A stretch of DNA of 64,000 nucleotides from an uncultured virus (IMG/VR IMGVR_UViG_3300008262_000233) (Duplodnaviria > Heunggongvirae > Uroviricota > Caudoviricetes). The stretch lies in IMG/VR virus record IMGVR_UViG_3300008262_000233. One strand, written 5' to 3'. The notes below the pieces were generated by a model, which was not told where the DNA came from, searched no databases, and saw only the letters and a program-made list of their open reading frames with translations. The translations under genes were made by a program, and so were the position numbers. Of the stretch, positions 40,260-49,568 are shown piece by piece. Numbering within the stretch: the stretch's first letter is position 1; each line of letters begins with the position of its first letter.

Positions 40260-41329
40260 AAGCTTGCCTTTATATTATTTGCTTTCCTTTTTATTGTCTT
40301 GCCTTGAAAATTTATTCTTTTCTGCCAATATTTTAAAAATTCAAGACAATTCATTTTATTCAATGTTTCAAAACTTATTACCGGTTGTGTTTTTTGATTA
40401 TCACATTCTCTTTTATAAGTTTTTACCCACATATCTTTTATTCTATCTGCAACATCAGATTCTATTCCTTTATAAGGTTCGTGATCAGAAATTTTACTTA
40501 GGAGTTCTTCATAATACTTTTCTGCGTTGAATTTTTCCATCTCATCTGCCTTTTTATAAATTCTGAACTCAGATAGCTCTTTTTTTGGATATTTTTTTAT
40601 AAAATAGTAAATTTCTTGAATATTCGCCCTTGTTTCATGAAATTCAGAAAAGTAAAGAAAATAGGCGAAGTTTGTCCAGAATTTCCAGATATTTTTTGGA
40701 AATTTCCAAATATTTTCAGCCCAGCTAAGTGTTGAGTTAAAACTTCTACTTTCTGGTCTTATTATTTTAGATTTCCTCTTAACTCTAACATAGTGCTCAT
40801 AACAATGATGTAGCTCATGATAAACAGTTGAGTTTATATCATCTTCCAGAATATTCTTATAAGTTCTGTTTTTATAATCAAAATCAGGTCCAATATCAAT
40901 TGAAATTCCTAAATAAATTATTACAGAGTCGTCAGAAACTTGTTTGACTGGTTCAAGTATTCTTGAGTATCCAGACCAATTTTTATTACCGAAATACGAT
41001 GCAAAACCACCTGTTTTAATTTCTAAATTTTTATCTGAAGTAGAAGGTGGGTATTTTTTATCAAAATCTTTTTTTGATAGCTTATTAAAATCAATTTGTA
41101 TTTCAAATTGTATTACTGGAAAATCAGACCAAAGTTCTTTATTATAAATAAGAGGATTTAATATTCTGTAGTCAATAGTTTCTATGGTTTGAAGTACATT
41201 TTCACCAGAATAAAAAAAATCAACAAATTTTGATCTAACTCTTCTGAATATCGTATTACTGAACATCAAGGATGATTCAGATACACCAAACTTTTCAAGT
41301 AAAAAATTCTGAAATGTTTTTAACCTCAT
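40256..41329 (-). CDS. Putative zinc metallopeptidase (HExxH) with CTS-like leader (MRLKTFQNFLLE)
   Basis: YHELHHCYE and downstream E..A; TAATATATA at 41357-41365. Confidence 0.65.
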   Translation of the reverse strand: MRLKTFQNFLLEKFGVSESSLMFSNTIFRRVRSKFVDFFYSGENVLQTIETIDYRILNPLIYNKELWSDFPVIQFEIQIDFNKLSKKDFDKKYPPSTSDKNLEIKTGGFASYFGNKNWSGYSRILEPVKQVSDDSVIIYLGISIDIGPDFDYKNRTYKNILEDDINSTVYHELHHCYEHYVRVKRKSKIIRPESRSFNSTLSWAENIWKFPKNIWKFWTNFAYFLYFSEFHETRANIQEIYYFIKKYPKKELSEFRIYKKADEMEKFNAEKYYEELLSKISDHEPYKGIESDVADRIKDMWVKTYKRECDNQKTQPVISFETLNKMNCLEFLKYWQKRINFQGKTIKRKANNIKASL

Positions 41330-41377
41330 AAAACAATAATTAATTGTATTTGAGATTATATATTAAAATCTAAAGGT

Positions 41378-41860
41378 TTATAATTGTGAAAGCCACTTTT
41401 CAATTTGTCTATCAGCAACTTCAATTATATCTTTCTTTTGGAACTTACCATAGTTTAAAATATCCATTGTCATAATTAGACAGTCAACAGTTTCAAGAAG
41501 TATATTATTCTTTATTTCTTCTTTTGATAGATCAGAATTTTTAAAGCCTTTTAATTTTAAGACTTCAGCAGAGAGTTCTCCAACCTCTTCTTGTAACTTA
41601 ATAACTCTTTCTGTTAACCCATATCCTTGCATTGAAGTTACATTCTTAATAAGATCAAAGATGTAATCGAGGTCCTCGTTTGTGAAATCATCCTCTAATC
41701 TCACTTTAGATAAATTATTTTGCTCCCAGTGGTCAATTAGTTGTTGAATTACAAGAATATCGTTAGTTTGTTCTTCACTTAATTCTACACCGTAGAGACT
41801 ATCTAAATATTTTGTGTATTTTGAGTAGTCATCGTGAGAATTTATAGGTGTGATTTTCAT
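41378..41860 (-). CDS. MazG-like NTP pyrophosphohydrolase with HigA-like N-terminal helical domain
   Basis: KLQEEVGEL...ETVD; N terminus MKITPINSHDDY...LIDHWE. Confidence 0.75.
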   Translation of the reverse strand: MKITPINSHDDYSKYTKYLDSLYGVELSEEQTNDILVIQQLIDHWEQNNLSKVRLEDDFTNEDLDYIFDLIKNVTSMQGYGLTERVIKLQEEVGELSAEVLKLKGFKNSDLSKEEIKNNILLETVDCLIMTMDILNYGKFQKKDIIEVADRQIEKWLSQL

Positions 41861-41908
41861 ATTATAGTTAATTAAAATAATATATACAGAAAAATATATA
41901 CTTTATAT

Positions 41909-42175
41909 ATGAAATATTTAAAAATGTTTGAAGAATTTAGAATGAGTCCAGAAACTGCAGAACCAGTGATTGCACCACCTTCAACGCCAACAGAAACACC
42001 AAGACCTTGGAGACCAGTTCCAACTCAAGTTCCAAGACCTGGTACAGAAGAAAAACCAATGGGTTCGTTTGAAGAAGTTATGGATATTTTCTTTTATGAA
42101 TTAGATAAGATTAAAGACACACCAGAAGGTCAATCAATTATAAAAAAATTACAAGATAAATATGGCAATCTCTAA
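41909..42175 (+). CDS. Pro-rich small protein with CTS-like leader (MKYLKMFEEF)
   Basis: ORF track; TAATATATA at 41878-41886. Confidence 0.75.
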   Translation: MKYLKMFEEFRMSPETAEPVIAPPSTPTETPRPWRPVPTQVPRPGTEEKPMGSFEEVMDIFFYELDKIKDTPEGQSIIKKLQDKYGNL

Positions 42176-43589
42176 AAAATTCTCACAGTTTTTAAATGAG
42201 GCTTCACTAAAGGGCAATATTGGTGTTCCAGGTGAAGGTGGAACTGAAGGTTCTTGGATCGATTCGATAAATCGCGAACAAAGAGACAAAGTCAGAGACT
42301 TTGAAAGAACTAATATGAATCTTTTAAGAGATTTTCCAAGAATTATTCAGAATTCTCAATCATTACAAAGAGGTAAAGAAAAAGAACTTTCTGAACTTTG
42401 TCAAAAGTCGTTTTATCAATTATTTGGTACTTTACTTGACGATGTCACCCTTGATTTAAAAATTAGTCAAGAGGCTCGTCAGATGATGTCAGGTACACCC
42501 GAAAAATCTACTCAAAAAGTTGAAAATATTGTAGACCAGAGAGTTCTAGATGAAATAATGAAAAGAAAAATTCTAAGAACAATTCAACAAGGAAAGGGTC
42601 TTAATTCTAAATCATTACTAAACCTACCAATGTTTAAAGATGGTATAAAAGAAATTTTAGGAGAAAGAAACTCAGAATTATACATTAACAATTTGAACAA
42701 TATAGTTAAAGTTATGGCATTTTTTGATGCGACTCTATCAGAAGCTCAAATCTCACAAGCTCTAAAGATGAATGCACAAGGCGCTTGTGATATTAAGATA
42801 GAAGAAGAAAAAAAGGATAAAGATAAACAAAAAGATGCAGAACAACTTCTTAATGATTTAGAAAACGGTATTGATCTTACTGAAACTGAATCAGATATAC
42901 TTAGTGACATTAAAGTTACAATTAAGGCACGTGGTGTTGATATGGGTATATTAATTCACGAATCACTTAAAGGTATTTATAAGTTAGCGACTCAAATGAG
43001 TCTTGAGCACTTACCAGAAGAACTAGCTAAACAAGTTTTGCAAAATGTTGATACTATTGCGGATGAGCCACAAGAATTTAAGTATGGTCCATCTATGCAA
43101 AAGCAGTTTGAAAAAGTTGTTAATTCTCACCCAAGAGTAAAAAAGATACTTGATGAATATCAAAGAGTAATTACTCAGGGAGATTTTGAAGAGAGTAAAG
43201 CTGCAGAAAATGAAATTGCTTCTTTTCAAGAACAACTATTCTTTTATGTGTTTGGATACTTAGCTAATCTTGGAAAAGAAAATCCAAAAGATATGTTGAA
43301 TGTTGTTTATGCTGTCTTGGCTGATAAGAAAGATGACATTGAAAAATTGTTTTTCCCAATAATTGTTGATTCTGTTACTGGAATAGAAAAAGAGTTTGAA
43401 TATCAAATGTCGAAGAAAAAGACACAAGCTGAAAAGACTGACGTAAAATCAGAGGTAAAGCCAGACGTTAAAGTAGAAATTACACTTGCTGACTTACAAG
43501 AGCAACTTGATGATGCTTTAGATAATGAAGATTATGAAAAGGCATCTGAAATCAGAGATGAGATAAAAAAAAGATTTCCAAATAAATAA
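42162..43589 (+). CDS. Protein with CTS-like leader and C-terminal UVR (UvrB/C) domain
   Basis: KKFSQFLNE; LQEQLDDALDNEDYEKASEIRDEIK. Confidence 0.75.
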   Translation: MAISKKFSQFLNEASLKGNIGVPGEGGTEGSWIDSINREQRDKVRDFERTNMNLLRDFPRIIQNSQSLQRGKEKELSELCQKSFYQLFGTLLDDVTLDLKISQEARQMMSGTPEKSTQKVENIVDQRVLDEIMKRKILRTIQQGKGLNSKSLLNLPMFKDGIKEILGERNSELYINNLNNIVKVMAFFDATLSEAQISQALKMNAQGACDIKIEEEKKDKDKQKDAEQLLNDLENGIDLTETESDILSDIKVTIKARGVDMGILIHESLKGIYKLATQMSLEHLPEELAKQVLQNVDTIADEPQEFKYGPSMQKQFEKVVNSHPRVKKILDEYQRVITQGDFEESKAAENEIASFQEQLFFYVFGYLANLGKENPKDMLNVVYAVLADKKDDIEKLFFPIIVDSVTGIEKEFEYQMSKKKTQAEKTDVKSEVKPDVKVEITLADLQEQLDDALDNEDYEKASEIRDEIKKRFPNK

Positions 43590-43595
43590 TTAATT

Positions 43596-45578
43596 ATGTT
43601 ACTTAGATTTCAAGACTTTAAATTAAATGAAAATGTAGCCGCTGCTAAAAAAATATTGAAAGACACTTTCGTATTGAACAAGGCTTTAAAGGAACTAAAT
43701 CTTGGGTTTAAGACCGATTCGACTGGAATGTTTCTTTTTGATAAGTCTGATGCTCCTATAAATTTCAGTGATCTGCCTGAAGAAGTTCAGGTTGAGGTAA
43801 AAAAGAAGATTAGAGAGATCAAATTAACTGAAGAGGAGCAAAGAGTGGTTGAAAGACATCCAAAATTTAATGAAATAAGAGAAATCTTGGGCGATAAATT
43901 AGGATGGGCAGGTCTATTTGCCTATCTATATTTTAAAGAAAAGGTTGAAATAAACGAACTTAAATTAATATTCGATGACCTTGTTGCTTTTCAGGACTTA
44001 CTTGGAAAATTAAGAAGACCTATTTCAAATTATATAGACACAAACATACCTAATAATTCTGAACAACTTATAGATGATATAGAAGATATCAAAAGATATA
44101 GAAAGTTAAAAAAGTTCATAGATGAGTTTAATAAAGATTTAAAAGCAGACTATGCTGTGACTCCAAAGTATTTTAAAGATAGACTTATAGATATTGCTAC
44201 TGCATTTGATGACTTAGGAAAAGAACAAAGTGGTAAAGTTGACCCAGACAAGCAAAGAGCTATTCAAAAAAGATTTTTTGATAAAATTGGAAGATATAAA
44301 ACCGTTAGAGAGTTGACAGATGGAGCTGATTCGTTTTTAAAGGCAGAGTCAAATGCAGATGTGGCTAAGTTTTACCAAGCAATAGATAAGTGTAATAAAA
44401 AATACGGTGAATATGGTATAAAAGTTCTCTATGATGAGGGTGGACTTTTAATAATGGAAGTTAAGTCGTTTTCAGCTTGTAAAGAACTCTTCTCAAATAC
44501 ATCTTGGTGTATAGCTCAGTATTTAGGTCAGTGGAATAGTTATGTTGGTGGTGATGATGTATTTAACAAACAATATGCTATTTTAAATTTCAATTTACCA
44601 CCATCTAATAATGAATCTATTATTGGTATAACAATCGCTCCTAGACAAGAGGTTAGAGCTTGTCATTTGAAAAACGATGCTAATGCTAAGGGTAATTTTC
44701 AGAGTATTTTTAATAAATTTGAAGAATCTTTGGGATTGGAAAGGGGATTTATCTGGAAAGGACTTGAGCCAATGTCAAGTAAAGAGATTGATGAGAAGAA
44801 AAGAAGAATTGTAGCAAATAGAGAAGTTGTTAAAAAAGGTCTATCTCTTGAACAATTGAAGAAGTATATTGTTGACGATGGTGCTGATGTAAATGCTGGA
44901 AATGGTCAAGCTCTAGATAATGCAGTTGCAGAAGATGACATCTCAAAAGTAGAATTTCTTTTAGATTTTGGAGCATCTGCTAATTTAAGAAATAGACAAG
45001 AGGCAACCGTTAACAAAGTTAAATCATTTGAAATTTTAAAACTATTGATTAAAAAAGGAGCCGAAATCACACCACAAGTATTTAAATCATTAGTTGAAGA
45101 TGAAAATGCAATTAAATTCTGTCTTGATAATGGTTTAGATCCTAATTTTGAAGATAATATGCCACTTAGACTCGCTGTTAAAAATGGTAAATTAAACATT
45201 GTAAAAATGCTTGAAGAATATAATGTGAGCACTGAGAATAGAAGGCAGATGAATACTAAGCACGCTGCTGAGTTTCAAAGATGGGATATTTTAGAGTATT
45301 TTATTAACAAAGGTGGATCCTATATTGAAGGATTTGAAAATGTGTTAAAATGGATTGGACACACTCAAAAAATTCAACCAGTTGAGAAGAAACTAGAAGT
45401 CTTAGATAGACTTCAAGGTTATATCGATAGTGGTAAAGTAAAAGTTAGTGAATCTGGATATAAAGTTGGAAGTAATCGTGATGCTAAATTAGAAGATGTT
45501 TTGAATCAATTCGGTAGTGTCAAAAACTGGATTGTTGGTCAACACGAAGATCTGAAAAGAGCTAGTCAATCAAGATAG
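43596..45578 (+). CDS. Ankyrin-repeat protein with central WC-motif (PcfJ-like) domain and CTS-like leader
   Basis: TSWCIA; GADVNA..ALDNAV, FLLDFGA, PLRLAVKNG repeats. Confidence 0.75.
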   Translation: MLLRFQDFKLNENVAAAKKILKDTFVLNKALKELNLGFKTDSTGMFLFDKSDAPINFSDLPEEVQVEVKKKIREIKLTEEEQRVVERHPKFNEIREILGDKLGWAGLFAYLYFKEKVEINELKLIFDDLVAFQDLLGKLRRPISNYIDTNIPNNSEQLIDDIEDIKRYRKLKKFIDEFNKDLKADYAVTPKYFKDRLIDIATAFDDLGKEQSGKVDPDKQRAIQKRFFDKIGRYKTVRELTDGADSFLKAESNADVAKFYQAIDKCNKKYGEYGIKVLYDEGGLLIMEVKSFSACKELFSNTSWCIAQYLGQWNSYVGGDDVFNKQYAILNFNLPPSNNESIIGITIAPRQEVRACHLKNDANAKGNFQSIFNKFEESLGLERGFIWKGLEPMSSKEIDEKKRRIVANREVVKKGLSLEQLKKYIVDDGADVNAGNGQALDNAVAEDDISKVEFLLDFGASANLRNRQEATVNKVKSFEILKLLIKKGAEITPQVFKSLVEDENAIKFCLDNGLDPNFEDNMPLRLAVKNGKLNIVKMLEEYNVSTENRRQMNTKHAAEFQRWDILEYFINKGGSYIEGFENVLKWIGHTQKIQPVEKKLEVLDRLQGYIDSGKVKVSESGYKVGSNRDAKLEDVLNQFGSVKNWIVGQHEDLKRASQSR

Positions 45579-46046
45579 AAGATCATCTAGGTTAGAATCC
45601 CTAGACAATCCACTTTCTTTTAATATTAAGCTGTAAAGTTCTTCAAAGTTAGAATCATTTAGTTCTTTGAATACTTCTTTTGATTTTTCTAATACCTCAT
45701 AATATAGATTTTCATCTTTAAAGGCAAATTTCTTGTCTTTCCAATGTAAAAGATATCCTATATCTTTCATAATATCTAAACTTAGATAATCACTTGAGTT
45801 TGAATTATAATTTAAATTAAAACCGTTTTCTGAAGAGATGTAAATGTGGTCCTTATCTACACTCATGTTGAGTGTGTCACGAAGTTTAAGTAATCGAAAA
45901 ATCATATTTCTAGTTTTCTTTTTAATCTCTTTAGTTGGTTCAGTGAATAATAAGTTTTGAAAACTGTTACTTGATTCTAATACTTTAATTTCATGAAGTT
46001 CTTTTATTGATTGATTAATAACTTTTTTGATTTTTTTCGATTTCAT
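45570..46046 (-). CDS. Hypothetical protein with C-terminal RDSNLDDLL tag
   Basis: ORF track; AAAC-N17-TATAA upstream on the minus strand. Confidence 0.72.
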   Translation of the reverse strand: MKSKKIKKVINQSIKELHEIKVLESSNSFQNLLFTEPTKEIKKKTRNMIFRLLKLRDTLNMSVDKDHIYISSENGFNLNYNSNSSDYLSLDIMKDIGYLLHWKDKKFAFKDENLYYEVLEKSKEVFKELNDSNFEELYSLILKESGLSRDSNLDDLLS

Positions 46047-46110
46047 AAAATTTTATATCAAATTGCAAGAGATAGTTTATTAAGATATATACTTTAAATA
46101 TTTTGAAATT

Positions 46111-46818
46111 TTGAACATTATATCAATAGATCCTTCACTAATTTCTACTGCACTTGTTGTTAACGGAAAAATTTTTAACTATTGTAGAGAATCGAAAGTT
46201 ATGCTAAAAAGTGGTATGTCGAAATGGTTCAAATCAGCTGAGCAATATTGCACTTATAGATTTATTTCGTACAGAGAGTTTTCTAACTATTCTGATGGTG
46301 AGTTAATTAAATTGAAGGATTATGATCAAATCACAGAAATGATAATTAACGACATACTTGAGAATATTAAATCAAATGAGGAATCCGTTGTTGGAATCGA
46401 AGGGTATAATTTCGGCGCAACCGTTGGAGATTTAATAGATTTAGTTACATTTTCAACTTTACTTAGAAAGAAATTATTTGATAGGGTATCTGAAAATATA
46501 ATTGTAATGTCACCCTCTACACTTAAATTAGAGGCTTGTAAATTGACTTATGAGCCAATAGTTAAAGAGATAGGAAAAAAGGTTAAAAGAATAGAGTATG
46601 AGTGGAGAAATAAACTTGGAATTTCTGGTGGTAAATTCACCAAAAGAGATATGGCACTGTGTATAATTGAAAATGATAAAATTAATCACGATTGGTTTAA
46701 ATATTTAAAGTCTATCAAAAGTGAACTTCTAGAGGTTAAAGATATTCAAAAGCCTCATGAAGATATTAATGATGCTGTTTTAATTTACCACGTTTTAAAA
46801 TCAGATTTTCAGAAATAG
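46111..46818 (+). CDS. RuvC-like Holliday junction resolvase
   Basis: ISIDPS...TA, IEGY, P.TLK, K, DINDA acidic residues. Confidence 0.78.
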   Translation: MNIISIDPSLISTALVVNGKIFNYCRESKVMLKSGMSKWFKSAEQYCTYRFISYREFSNYSDGELIKLKDYDQITEMIINDILENIKSNEESVVGIEGYNFGATVGDLIDLVTFSTLLRKKLFDRVSENIIVMSPSTLKLEACKLTYEPIVKEIGKKVKRIEYEWRNKLGISGGKFTKRDMALCIIENDKINHDWFKYLKSIKSELLEVKDIQKPHEDINDAVLIYHVLKSDFQK

Positions 46819-46829
46819 ATATATAATTT

Positions 46830-47153
46830 ATGAATCAAATGGATTTTGAAAAATTGTTTGGTGATAATTCTAAAGATTATTTCGAATTGTTAATTAAGAA
46901 GTATAATTTAAAGCCAAAATATGTGGTTTATCAAAATGAACAAGATGAAGTTATCGTTGATGAACAATGGACATCAGAAAATACTGAAAAAGTTAAAGCA
47001 AATAGAATTTTCAAATTTGATCCTAATTTTCTTGATTTAATTGAAGATGAATGTGTAAATGAAGTTTTAGAAAAAGTAATAGAGCTGTATGTTTCTATTG
47101 AGGATTATGAAAATGCTGCAATAGTTAAAAATATTCTCGATTCTGAGTATTAA
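46830..47153 (+). CDS. Small protein with C-terminal UVR-like motif
   Basis: LEKVIELYVSIEDYENAAIVKN. Confidence 0.7.
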   Translation: MNQMDFEKLFGDNSKDYFELLIKKYNLKPKYVVYQNEQDEVIVDEQWTSENTEKVKANRIFKFDPNFLDLIEDECVNEVLEKVIELYVSIEDYENAAIVKNILDSEY

Positions 47154-47329
47154 GACTTATAGTCACCGCCTCTTCTCTTTCTCTTACAATACTGAATTTG
47201 TGAAAAACCTCTTGGATTATTACAGTCAATTGACTTTTTATATTTAACAGACCATCTTGATTTCATGCCTTTTCTTGGCTTGTTATAAGATTCATTTATA
47301 AACTCTTCGTATGTAAAGATATTATTCAT
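47150..47329 (-). CDS. Small basic protein (59 aa, not in ORF track) with near-canonical T4-type CTS
   Basis: Manual translation MNNIFTYEEFINESYNKPRKGMKSRWSVKYKKSIDCNNPRGFSQIQYCKRKRRGGDYKS*; ATG overlaps the stop of 47329..47682. Confidence 0.8.
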   Translation of the reverse strand: MNNIFTYEEFINESYNKPRKGMKSRWSVKYKKSIDCNNPRGFSQIQYCKRKRRGGDYKS

Positions 47330-47682
47330 TATTTTTGAGAGAGTAATTGTGTTACTATAAAGACTATCTTATTTTCCGACTTTTTATATTCAAATTCGGA
47401 TATTTTAAAATCCATAACATCAAAGTGACCTTGGATTTGTGAGTAAACATCTTTCTTTTTTAAGAATTCGAATACCTCACTTAGATTATTTTTATCAGAT
47501 TCGTCTAAAAGATCTATTTGAAATTTTTTATTATCAATTTCTTCAAGTTTTATTTGAATATTTGGAAATTTTTCAAGCATCTCTGAGAATACATAAGAAA
47601 GTACTTCTTCATCTATGTCAAATACTTTCTCGAAGTCAAAAAATTCAAATACATAATTTTCAAAAGTTAATAAATGTTTCAT
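47329..47682 (-). CDS. Hypothetical protein with CTS-like leader (MKHLLTFENYVFE)
   Basis: ORF track; AAATATATA directly upstream. Confidence 0.75.
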   Translation of the reverse strand: MKHLLTFENYVFEFFDFEKVFDIDEEVLSYVFSEMLEKFPNIQIKLEEIDNKKFQIDLLDESDKNNLSEVFEFLKKKDVYSQIQGHFDVMDFKISEFEYKKSENKIVFIVTQLLSQK

Positions 47683-47732
47683 ATCTTATATATTTATTTG
47701 GTAAATTACAATTTAGTTCTTAAATTAGCAGT

Positions 47733-48146
47733 ATGAATACAAATAAATTGACATCAGAAAAGGCTTATCAGTTTATACACGGCGGTAATTCTGTATTTAC
47801 TGTACTAAACACTCTAACTAAAAATCGATTTACTTACAAGGTTAAAAGACATAAAGTAGAAGATGTCTATTTTGTGAATCTTCTTGTTAATCCAGATACC
47901 TATGTTTATATTGGATTTTTGAAACATGGTAATTTTATTTTGTCTAAGAAATCTAAATTCTCAAAAGACTCACAGAGTGTAAAAGTTTTCAACTATATTT
48001 ATACTAAATTAAAAATAGGTAATTTACCAGATATTATTGAGTTTTGGCACGAGGGAAAATGCGGAAAATGTGGTCGTAGTTTGACGGTACCTGAGAGTAT
48101 AGATAGTGGTTTTGGACCAGAGTGTATAAAAAAGATAGTAAAATAA
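47733..48146 (+). CDS. DUF6011-like zinc-ribbon protein
   Basis: CGKCGRSLTVPESIDSGFGPEC. Confidence 0.8.
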   Translation: MNTNKLTSEKAYQFIHGGNSVFTVLNTLTKNRFTYKVKRHKVEDVYFVNLLVNPDTYVYIGFLKHGNFILSKKSKFSKDSQSVKVFNYIYTKLKIGNLPDIIEFWHEGKCGKCGRSLTVPESIDSGFGPECIKKIVK

Positions 48147-48170
48147 AAAACCCTCAAGAGAGGGTTTTTT
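48145..48170. terminator. Bidirectional intrinsic terminator
   Basis: AAAAAACCCTC-AAGA-GAGGGTTTTTT. Confidence 0.85.
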
Positions 48171-48270
48171 GAGCCCGACCGGATTGGTCGAATCCACCAC
48201 ATTGTTTGTTTAAGTTAAACAATGAAAACTATAATGTATATAACATTGAATTTAAGAAGTTTTTAAAATT

Positions 48271-48504
48271 ATGAAACGTCTAACATTAAAGTCATATGGC
48301 TTTTTAATTGAGTCAAATTTAGAGAGAATAAAATTAGGAAAAGTTTTTGATCAAAATCTAAAACCCTATGAAAAGGATTTTCTAGAAAATATGCTACAGT
48401 ATCTGGAAGAAAGGGAAAGATTTGAAGATTGTCTTATTGTAAGCTCTCTTATTAAATCTCGTTTTGACCACGATAAAAACTATATTTATGATGGAAAAAT
48501 CTGA
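48271..48504 (+). CDS. Small hypothetical protein, degenerate UVR-like motif
   Basis: MLQYLEERERFEDCLIV. Confidence 0.65.
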   Translation: MKRLTLKSYGFLIESNLERIKLGKVFDQNLKPYEKDFLENMLQYLEERERFEDCLIVSSLIKSRFDHDKNYIYDGKI

Positions 48505-48709
48505 AATTCAACAATTGAAAGATTTACAGTATGAAGAATTTGTTCAGAAAACACTCACTGAACTTATAATACTTTCTACAAATCATAACATCTTAAAGGA
48601 ACTAATAGATCATTCCAGAGAAATTGGATTACATGATGAATTACTAGATGCTCTCTCTACTATGAGAGACGAAAAAATTTTAGAGATTTTAAAAAATGAA
48701 CAGTCGTGA
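48464..48709 (+). CDS. Small hypothetical protein with C-terminal RDEKILEIL tag (start probably ATG near 48488)
   Basis: ORF track. Confidence 0.65.
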   Translation: MTTIKTIFMMEKSEIQQLKDLQYEEFVQKTLTELIILSTNHNILKELIDHSREIGLHDELLDALSTMRDEKILEILKNEQS

Positions 48710-49568
48710 AAATTTTGTAAAATTATTTGACTTAAATGTTCCAAAAATTGAATATTTTGACTATTACTTAGGTCAGATGTCAAAATCTAAAAAGTATGGT
48801 GATATTTCTAACTATTATAAACTTTTTGAGTCATCCACTCAGGATATTACCGACCCTTATGAATATCGTAGGGTCAAGGCACTTGAGGTAACTGATTTTA
48901 TTCAGGGTACTAACGCCTATAATGAGCTTTGTTACGATAAGAATTTAATAGAATACCCAACTAATAAAAATATTGAGTATAGTGATGATTTAAATTATTT
49001 ATCTATAGATTTAAAATCGGCAAACTGGATTGCGTTAAAGTCTTATGATCCACCTCATATTAACGAGTTAGGAGATGATTTTTCACAATTTTTTTCACGT
49101 TTTGACCTACCTAAAGTTTTTATAGAGTCAAAATATTTAAGACAGTTTTTATTTTCTAAACTTGATACCAAGAAAATAATTAAGGTTCAGCGAAATATGA
49201 TACAAGAAATTGTTAGAAAGTATCAAAGTGATCTTCTAGTAGAGGGTGTTAGAAATGATGAAGTCATTTTCCAGTTTTCAGACTTTAGTGAGGTTAGAGA
49301 TATTTCAAATGAAATTGATCACAGTAAATATAAAATGAAGATTTTTAAAACTCAGAAATTTGATGATTTTAGAGTCGATAGTCATTTTGATACTTCTGGA
49401 AGTTTAATACACAAAGAATTGATTGGAGTTGATACTTCCGTATTTTACCTCAATTTGAAGAAATATATTACTGGTGAAAAAATTGAACTTAAAGACCTTT
49501 ATTTCAGGTCTGGTGGTAATCTTGCTATTTGGTATGAAGATAATTTAAAAATTGAATACAATGATTGA
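48696..49568 (+). CDS. Stand-alone polymerase palm-like protein
   Basis: YLSIDLKSAN (motif A-like) and VRNDEVIF (motif C-like hairpin). Confidence 0.5.
   Translation: MNSRENFVKLFDLNVPKIEYFDYYLGQMSKSKKYGDISNYYKLFESSTQDITDPYEYRRVKALEVTDFIQGTNAYNELCYDKNLIEYPTNKNIEYSDDLNYLSIDLKSANWIALKSYDPPHINELGDDFSQFFSRFDLPKVFIESKYLRQFLFSKLDTKKIIKVQRNMIQEIVRKYQSDLLVEGVRNDEVIFQFSDFSEVRDISNEIDHSKYKMKIFKTQKFDDFRVDSHFDTSGSLIHKELIGVDTSVFYLNLKKYITGEKIELKDLYFRSGGNLAIWYEDNLKIEYND

Noticed and set aside
48696..49568. Candidate for the missing C-terminal half of the split polB
   Set aside because: It has its own motif A-like segment and lacks KxxxNSxYG and DTDS.
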